Positions 54,508 to 64,000 of a stretch of 64,000 bases of DNA are shown here, in pieces. The DNA is taken from contig OZ231126.1 of NCBI GenBank assembly GCA_965153355.1, positions 33,046,001-33,110,000 on the forward strand. The letters run 5' to 3'. Position numbers and translations under genes: made by a program. The stretch comes from Flaccisagitta enflata. Lineage: Eukaryota. The first letter of the stretch is position 1, and every line of letters begins with the position of its first letter. A model generated the notes under the pieces. It was not told the origin of the DNA. It saw nothing but the letters and a program-made list of their open reading frames with translations, and ran no database searches.

Positions 54508-57073
54508 CGATGACTCTCAAACGGAATAAAATTCGCTTTCGGCAGAATCTAGTGTCTGAAATCTTCGGGCCGTGATTTATGAGGGAATGGGACTGAAATT
54601 TTCTTACTTTTTGCTCCCTCACTCTCGCTCGCTCGCGCGCTGAATTTATGAACTTGCGCATACGACGCAGTGTACGGGAAGAAGAAATTTCATGCGTCAT
54701 TACAATTTTTTTGATATTTTTTATATTTGTTTTCTACTTAATTTTTTTCTGAAAAAAACATTTTTTAAGTGTTGAACTATAAATATTTGCATAGATAATC
54801 TCTAAAATACAGATTTGATGTATATAATCTAATGACAAAAAGTAAAAAAAAGTAGATTTTTTACAGAAAATTATACTTTGTTATTTTACTCCTGTTAGGT
54901 GAAATTATATCATTTCATAAAAATAAAGAAATTTGCATTTCCAAAAACATGGCCTCTTTTTAAAAACATATAAGAAAAGGGCCATGTTCTTAAAAATGCA
55001 AAATTTTTTTTGATGAGGACGTAATATAATTTCACTTTACAACATTTTGAAATTTTGTTCAGCATTTTTCGAAGGAATTCAAATATTCAATTTTTATTTC
55101 TGATCGTTATGAAACCATAGTCAGTATTCTGGGTTTAAAAACATTGTTAAAACACCGTATACATTATATCAAAAGTATTTAACTGAAATTGCAATGATAA
55201 TTCTTCATTATGAATCTATATCATAAGCAAAAAGTAAAATGAAACCAAAATTTCCTGTTCCTGTACACCATGGCATAAACGCTTTTTTTCCTCCATCCTT
55301 CAGTTTTCCCCTTGTGTCAATGTTGCGTCATTAGTTTTGTTCTTGAACAGCATCTCCTTTCCTACCCCAGCTCCTGTTCTCCGACTTTCTCATAGTTACA
55401 GATTTTCTTCTTAGTTGTGTGCACGTGCACGCGACTCTATGACCCGCTCTGTCCATCTGTCTGTCAGTCGGTCACTCTTTGCTTTTTTTTGTCGTTTTTA
55501 CGTCATTTTAAGTCATTTTTAGTCATTTGGAGACAATTTACATTTAGTCTTTTGGTCTTTTATTCTTTTAGTCTTTGGGTATTATGGTCTTAACAACCGC
55601 ACGCGACTGTAAGGTGTTGGCCTTGTTGTCTCGTTTATGCGTCATAAGTTTGGTCCAAATTCGCACTTAACGTAGGAAGCGAACCTGAGCTCTGTCAAAG
55701 CGCTCAAAACCTGTAGTCAGCTTTTGCGTTTTTTTTCTGCGTGGAGCATAAGCTACATATCAACAAATTATTGTTTTCTTTTAACGATATAAGTGAATTT
55801 ATGGCCAAAAACACTTATAAACATGTTTTTCGAGGGCACAGAGGGCGTAGAGCAGAAAAAAATCTGGAAAAAATCCATACATTTGAACCATAGGAATGTT
55901 ATAACATGAACAGAACTTTGATACCACAGAACTGCTATTTATAATCGAGGTCCCCTCGAGTTTCAGATATATTTTGTAGAACAGGCTATGTGCTGTCTGA
56001 AACTGTTTTTGATAAAGATTTTTTCCGATACTAACTTAGTCTAATCATCCTATGTTTTTGGGGAGATTAAGCATAAAATTGTAGCTTCTGTTTTCAACTG
56101 CAGAAAAGGTGATAGTGCGGCAAACGATAATTTCTAAACAGTTATTGTTAAAACATTATAGTCTAGTATGTACAAAAATTGACCCTGGCTTGTATTTTCT
56201 TCTACAAATTGCATAATACATAGCTTATAGAGAGATTCCCCAATGAAAATCATATTTGACAAGGTACAAAATTTTGGATTCCCCTTACTAACTGAGTTAA
56301 AGAATCTCGCTCTCCCCCGCCCCCCCCCCTTTTTTTCTGTTATCTCGTAGTAACTGTTTCCGGCGTTACTCGATGTTGTGTCATAAGTTTGGTCCACTTG
56401 CGATTTCGAAGCCTTGAAGCCTCTAAACCCCCCCCCCCCCCTTTCCCCCACTTTTCTTCTCGAATTGCAGTTCCGGTTATGCCGGCTTGTTTTGTAATAT
56501 TGAAGTTTTTCTTTCTGCTCGGCTTTTTTTCTTTCAGCTTTTTTCGTGTTCCATGAAATTTCATCTCTATCTGTATGAGTCTGTCCTCCTCCGCGTATGT
56601 GTCTAGCTATCTAACGGCCTGTTTATCTGTTTCTCTGTCTATCTGTCTTTATGTTTATATCAGTCTGTCATTCTGACTGTATGTCTCCCGCATTTCAGCT
56701 TGGGGGTCTGTCTGTCTGTCTGTCTTTCTGTTGATCTATCTTTCTGTCTGTTTGTCACACTATCTGTCTCTGTCGCGGTAACGTTGTAAAGGTTGCCTGA
56801 TCGTAGCATTAACACGTTACTCTGCTGTATGTCATGGTTTATATTGTTAAAACCGAGGAGGAGAGAAGAAGTCGGGTTTCAGTTTTTTCCCTTGGTTAAT
56901 CTCTTTTCTTTTATTACTCCTTTTTTCCTCCTTGTCGCCTCCTTAATTTTTTTTCTTCTCGTTTTTTTGCTTGAATTTCCTTTTTTGCTCAAATGTCGGT
57001 GAGTCAAAAAGAGACGAAAAGAAAGAAAGAAAAGTTACGTCTTTATCACGCGAAGGAAATGACGCAGAAAACG

Positions 57074-57164
<91 letters not shown>

Positions 57165-57675
57165 AACAGGTCGCCCAAGGGCAATATGTGGTCAGCGATA
57201 CTCGTTGCCCTGCTTTGAGTGATTGTGAATTGGAGTGAGGGGAAGCAGGGCAGCGGCCCCGAAGGGGACGATGTCCTGTAGAACACAGGGGGAATTTTGC
57301 TTTTCCTGCCTCAAGAAGTGGATGAGATGCTGACTGAAGGCCTTCAAGAGCCTTATCTGAGGTCTAAGAAGGCTTATGTAAGGCCTGAGAATGTCAATTG
57401 GAAGCTTGAGATAGCTGGCCCTGAGAATTTGGATTTGAGGTCTGAGAGGCCAGGTTTGAGACCTGAGAGGCTGGATTTGAGGCCTGAGAGGTCAGATTTG
57501 AGGCCTGAGAGGTCAAATTTGAGGCCTCAGAGGTCAGATTTGAGGCCTGAGAGGTCAGATTTGAGGCCTGAGGGGCCCGATGAGGGGGGGGACGAACGAA
57601 CAAACGAACGGACGGACGGACGAACGAAAGTCCCCTGTGTTCTACAGGACATCGTCCCCTTCGGGACCGCTGCCC

Positions 57676-57741
<66 letters not shown>

Positions 57742-58331
57742 AACTAGTCATCCAAGGATCGCACATGGTCAGCGGTACCCGATGCCCTGCTTGGAGTGAT
57801 TGGCTAAAGAAGCTAAGTGGGAGCAGGGCAGCGGCCCCAAAGGGCCGATGTCCTGTAGGACACAGGGGTGAATTTCCAGACGTCCTGAGAAAGCACATTT
57901 AAGGACTGAGTTGATTGATTGCAGAACAGTAATGAGATAAGGGATGAGGGCAGATTTGAACCTGAGAGGGTCATTTTGAAGGCTGAATTGAGACAGATTT
58001 TAGGTTTGAGAGATCTGATTTCAGGCCTGAAATGGTTGATTTTGGGCCTGACAAGGCTGATCTAGTACCTTAGTGGGCTGATTTTGGGCTTGAGTGAGCT
58101 AATCTAGGATCTAGAAGGGCTTATTTTGGGTCTGAGAGGGGTGATTTTGGGTCTGAGAGGGCTGACTTGGGGCCTGAGAGGGCTGACTTGGGGCCTGAGA
58201 GGGCCGATTTGGTGTCTGAGAGGGCTGATTTGGGGCCTGAGAGGGGCCTCGGGGGGGGGACGTACGGACGTACGGACGTCTGGAAATTCACCCCTGTGTC
58301 CTACAGGACATCGGCCCTTTGGGGCCGCTGC

Positions 58332-58395
<64 letters not shown>

Positions 58396-58559
58396 GACAG
58401 AGAGACAGAGAGTCAAACCAGCAGTGACAGACAAACAGACAGTCATCAAATGAATAAGAATAGTAAGGGAATGGTGGCCAGATTTAATTTAGACCCTCTC
58501 AGCCCGCCCGCAGCCCCCCCCTCGCCCCCCCCCCTTTTGTCGGCGGCGAAGATTCTAGA

Positions 58560-58720
58560 CGCTCTTTGACGTCACTTCAGTAATAAACAAATTAATCGAA
58601 AGGAAAGAACATGGCGGAGGGATAGAAAAAACATTCACATCGTGACGTCAGCCTATCGATATCTATTGCGCAGTTATTTTCTGGGAGCTCCCGGGAAGCG
58701 CCGTCCGCGTTTTATGCTTA
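58560..58720. promoter_or_regulatory. Possible promoter-like motif cluster
   Basis: TGACGTCA (CRE) at 58567-58574 and 58643-58650; YY1-like AACATGGCGG at 58608-58617; unique, CpG-containing sequence. No linked gene identified. Confidence 0.3.
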
Positions 58721-59738
58721 ACACTCGCAGATTTATCGGACATTTCTGTTCTAGATTTTTCATAACATAAAGCTTATCATGTTAAGAATTTAAACGTTGA
58801 TTTTTAATCAAGATTGATTATTAGTCATTGTGGTTGAAGAAGCGCCAACGCCACGAAGGATTGTGCGCGTTGAATTCGGTCAGTAGGTTCTTTTGTGCGT
58901 ACTTATGCCAGTCACAGGGCCTACCAATCATCCCGCTTAGCCCTGGCGCGCTTTCTGGTAATCGTGTGTTGAGACTTGGACGTCACCCAATGCGACGCAA
59001 AGATGAATCGTCTTAGAGCTTCACAGCTACAGTGAGTTCGAACAAATGATTATGTTTATAAAACAATAGAAAAATTATAAAAATTTGACTAATTCAGCGT
59101 TTTGCGTTTATTTTTTGCTGAATGAATGCACATACTCTGGTGGAATGGCTTTTATTGTGCATGTTTTTATCATTGCATGATAGAAGTCAGTGTCAATAGA
59201 AAATGATTTTCTGTCAAATACTAGTTTTGCCATTTTAGGTCAATTCATTTTCAAATACTTTGTTTTGATTAGCCTTTTTAAATCATTTTTGTCTATTTCT
59301 AGCTTTATATGTCTTTTGTTGTACTTTGATAGGTTCATAGAAAAGTACTTTTTGTACATGGGCTAATTTTGTGTTTAGAATAACTGAATAAGAGTTGAGA
59401 CAAAAATGGATCACGATGTAATTAAGGAGAAAACAAAATGATCTCCTCATGGTGCCTCATACAACAAAAGGTGAATCGAACAACATACGTCATAACTTAC
59501 TCTCTCTCAATATTAACTAAAGCCAATTTCCAGACCAGATGCTGACTTGGCTTCCAGACGCCACGTCATCATTTTCGAACCCCCTCCCTCTCCTCCTCCT
59601 CCTCCTCCTCACTCTTCGACTCCCAGCGCGGTCTGGAAGTGGCTCATCCTCCTCAATTTACGGCCACCTAACGGGGATGACCGCGATGACCGCGGTGCCC
59701 TGCTCCCTACCGCTGCTTTCTAATTTCTGTAGACAATC

Positions 59739-59805
<67 letters not shown>

Positions 59806-62800
59806 TAATAATTGCCACAAGTTGTCATTGAGATGATTTATGAAATGGAATTGAGTATCATTATTAAACCATTTCCGACATTGAGAGAGCTAGCACTACG
59901 TTTTACGAACTGTCACTGAAGACCAGTGATAGAATGGCGTTGTTGTTGTTAGTGTTGTTTGCCGGGGAGTCTTACCCGGAAGGGCATTAAGAAAACAATA
60001 AAAGAATAACAATAGTCGCAAAAGCGTTAGATGGTCAGCGGTACCCGTTGCCCCTTAGTGAGTGTATGTTGGTGTGAGGTGGTTAGAGGGGCAGCGGTCC
60101 CTAAGGGGCCGATGACCTATGCTGTTTTTATTTGAGCCTCAAGGCTGGAATGGGGGCCTTGAGGCTGGGATTTGAGCCTCGTGGCTGGGATTTGAGCCTC
60201 AAGGCTGGGATTTGAGCCTTGAGGCTGGGATTTGAGCCTTGAGCCTGGGATTTGAGCATTGAAGATGGGATTTGAGCCTTGAGGTTGAGATTTGAGCCTT
60301 GAGGCTGGGATTTGAGCCTTGACGCTGGGATATAAGCTTCAAGGCTGGGATTTGAGCCTCGAAGATAAGATTTGGGCCTCAACATCAGGGTTTGAGGCTG
60401 GGATTTAAGCCTCAAGGCTGGGATTTAAGCCTTGAGGCTGGGATTTAAGCCTCGAGGCTAGGACTTAAGCCTCGAGGCTGGGATTTGAGCCTTAAGACTG
60501 GGATTTGAGCCTCGAGACTGGGATTTGAGCCTCGAGACTGGGATTTGAGACTTGAGGCTGGGATTTGAGCCTCAAGGCAAGGATTTGAGCCTCAAGGCTG
60601 GGATTTGTGCTTCGAGGCTGGGATGTGAGCCTCAAGGCTGGGATTTGAGCCCCGAGGCTAGGATTTGGGCCTCAAGGGGGGGGGGGGGGACGGAGAAGAA
60701 GAAGGAGAAGAAGGAGAAGGAGAAATTTCCCCTGTGTGTGAAAGCATAGGTCATCGGCCCCTTCGGGGCCACTGCCCAAAAGGGAGTTAAAACAACAATC
60801 ATATCGATATAAAGCTGATGGTTCACAGGGAAAAAACGCAAAAACCAACCTCAGGATTTGAGCGCTCCGACAGAGCTCAGGTTCGCTTACGTACTTTTAC
60901 ACGATTTCGAGAGGATATACGGCATGCAGTTTGCCCTGTTTGGCCATCAAGTTGGGGTGTGTCAGGGTGTCATTGTGTTGTCTTGTGTTGTCAAACGGCC
61001 TACCCCCCCCCCCCCCCACTATGGGCTGAAAATCACCACCTACCAGGAAGTACCTCCACCGACCACCCTCGACCACCTAACCACCCCCTTTCACTATCAC
61101 TATGGGCTGAAAATCACCACCTACCAGGAAGTACCTCCACCGACCACCCTTGTTGTTGTTAAATTTGCTTCCCTCCGTCAACAACGACCAAAACTTCTAC
61201 GGCAAGCACAGTTGTGAAGTTGCATAATGAACACTGTCATAGTCTTACAACACGTAATGCACGAATCAGCACTAAAACGATTTTCTGGATTGCGTAACCA
61301 AGGTTACAGTGACAACAAACTCAAGCATCGATTGGCTTGAGTCAAGAAAAGATGTTTAGGTATCTGTTCACTGTCTTTTTTCTTTAAAGAAAGTCGGTTA
61401 ATTTGCATATTGCAGAAACTTCTTTTTCCATTAATAAATCGAAACGTCAGAATTTCGCGGAGAAACCCCAACATTGACTTATAGATTTTTTAGAACAGAT
61501 GACATTTTTTAAGTTGTAAGTCTCGTAAGTAACTGACGTTAGCTGACGTTTTAAGAAAACTGTAATATTGTTACCATTCGACATGACGGACGATTTTAAA
61601 GAGGCGTTGGTAAGTACCGGTAACCACCCACTGTGCCCCCCCCCTCTCAGCTAGCTATTACTTCGGATGGGTCGTAGAACGGCGTCGACATGAAAGATGT
61701 TTTGTCTACTCATCCGAATTTCGGTTTGTTTCGCGCAGATAGTTTTCGGCTTGATTTAAAATCTAGAATAAGCATTGATTGTTCGCATTGAACTGCAAAC
61801 AATATTTTGAAGGTTGCACACGCAGAAGCATCTTAGAATCTACGTTTGTTCCTTACTACTTTTAATACTAGTGACTAGCGCTCGTCATGGCTAGTAATGA
61901 TTAAGCCATTACGTGCAAGTCCTCTACAACTCAGCTGTTCACGCCTTGGTCGTTATTGTCCTTTTGAGTATGCCTTTGTTAACCAGCAAATTGCCGCCTA
62001 CGCTTTCTTTCAAGCCTTGTTGCCGAACGCGTTTACTTCCGCTTTGCCCAGACGACAACAGCGCCAACGAGAGAAGCGAAAATGCCAGTCAAGGTTTGGG
62101 GACAAAAGGAAAATCGCGGTCCAACAAAACCTCAACTTTGGATATAAGACGATGACCTAAAGGACTAAAGGTAGAATAGAACGAGTTTGTCCTTCGTCTT
62201 CGGTCCATGCTCCATAACTGCCTCTCAACCTCACCGGAGGATTTCTTTTTGGGCAGCGGTCCCAAAGGGGACGAAGTCCTGTAGCACACAGGGGGCTTTT
62301 GTTTGTCCTTTCATCCGTTAGTCCTTCAAGCCCTCTCAGGCCTGAAATCTGCCCTCTTAGGCCTTGAATCTGTCCTCTCAGGCCTGAAATCCTTCCTCTC
62401 GGGCCACGAGATCTGTCCTCTAAGGCCTGAGAGGGCAGATTTCAGGTCTAAGAGGGCAGATTTCAGGTCTAAGAGGGTAGATTTCAAGCCTGAGAGGGCA
62501 GATTACAGGCCTGAGAGGGCCTGGGGGCACTGACGGATGGATAAATGGACAGATAAACAAAAGTCATTCTGAGTTCTACAGGACTTTGTCCCCTTCTGGG
62601 CCGCTGCCCTGCTTCCTCTCACTCTGATTCACAATCATACAAAGCAGGGCAACGGGTATCGCTGACCACATATTGCCCATGGGCGACCTGTTGTTCATAT
62701 GTACCGCAACTGCCAATGGGGGTCTAGGGTGGCGGTGGGGCCGAGTATCTCGGGAGGGTGGCGGAACGGGTAACGTGGAGCTGTGGGTGGTTGTGGTTGT

Positions 62801-63909
62801 GGTGTGGGCGCGAAGATTGGGCGGCGGCGGCGGAGGCGGAGGCGGAGGCGGGGACGCGGCTGGGAAGTCGTTAACCCACTTTGTCGCACAGAAATTCTGC
62901 GTCGAAGGAATTTCGAGGAAAGCATCTTATTGGAAAACTCGAAACGAGGCGAAGAAGAAGAGAAGGGAAATGTTCAGGTGGAAACCGCAGGTGCACACTG
63001 GAGATGGAGGTGGAATAAGAAGGAGAGAGAAAAAGAAAAGAAAAACAAGTGACGCGGGGTCACAATATCGTTGCGGACGGGTGGGCAGTGGCATCCAACC
63101 CCATGTCCCTCACACACATACACAATAACCATCTAAAACGCTCATTTTTGCACTTTTCAACGCGTATCCATAGACCAACGGACCAACGGACGAACCAATG
63201 GACGGACAAAGCCTCCTATAGAGTTGCGTGTCCGCATCTAAAAAAGACAAAGAGAGAGAGAGAGAGAGAGAGATAATGGGCGTTAAAAAAAGGAAATGTT
63301 AAAAAAAAGGAAAAACAAAAAACAATAAGAAAAAGAAAAAGAAACAACGTAGGAAAACAAATTGAGAGAATTAAACAAGTCTGCCTTAGTCACGTGTGGC
63401 TGGAAATGGTGATTCAGAAATGGTGTTCCAGAAACAGCAATCGGACGAATCGCAGCCGAGTTGAGTGCAAATCACCACGATTGGGTGTGGGTGTCGGTAT
63501 GAGTAGGGTGGTAATGACTAATGTAATGACCGATCGTCACCGAACATAGTTTTTAACGTATCAACTAACGAATGGACGGATGGACCGACCGACTAACACA
63601 GCAATTTACAAAGTCGCGAGTGTGCGACTTGAAAGATAGAATGAGGGTAAACAGATTGAGAGCGGCTTGAGGGAAATCCCAAGATGAACACCTGTATCTA
63701 TCTGCCGTTTACTGGTTCCTGCATGATGCAGGGCACGATAAACATTAAGGTCATGATGAGCATGATGAGGATGCTGGAGCGACCAATGGACATAACACAA
63801 CAAGAAATGACCTCCTTACAGGAGAAACGAGTTCTGAGCGTTGACGCACCTAGAAATGAGATGAGAAGGAGAAAAAAGTGGGATTCTCTCCAAGAAATCA
63901 TGGCGTGGG

Positions 63910-64000
<91 letters not shown>

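Overview
Repeat-rich animal (invertebrate-type) nuclear DNA. The left third holds a complete, very large (13,192 bp; 3248-16439) BEL/Pao LTR retrotransposon on the minus strand. It has near-identical ~910-bp LTRs, an ACTGT target-site duplication, a polyglutamine-expanded Gag, a frameshifted PR-RT-RH-IN Pol, and an extra non-env ORF between integrase and the 3' LTR. It sits inside an intronless minus-strand ORF. Removing the element restores a stop-free 774-aa protein with 8 CCCH zinc fingers, an RS-rich region and an RRM-like domain. Further right are a 5-exon secreted fibrinogen-related (FReD) gene (+, 21093-28200) and a convergent gene with at least 10 exons (-, 54507 to 29515 or beyond). 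The latter encodes a secreted mosaic protein with a hevein-like Cys module, a WEYCC module and EGF repeats, and three of its exons are bracketed by a 64-bp inverted repeat. Introns and intergenic DNA are filled with nested hAT-type and CAC-ended MITEs, Helentron/DINE-like elements, a foldback element, minisatellites and microsatellites. All alignments and splice models were made by eye; no database search was run.
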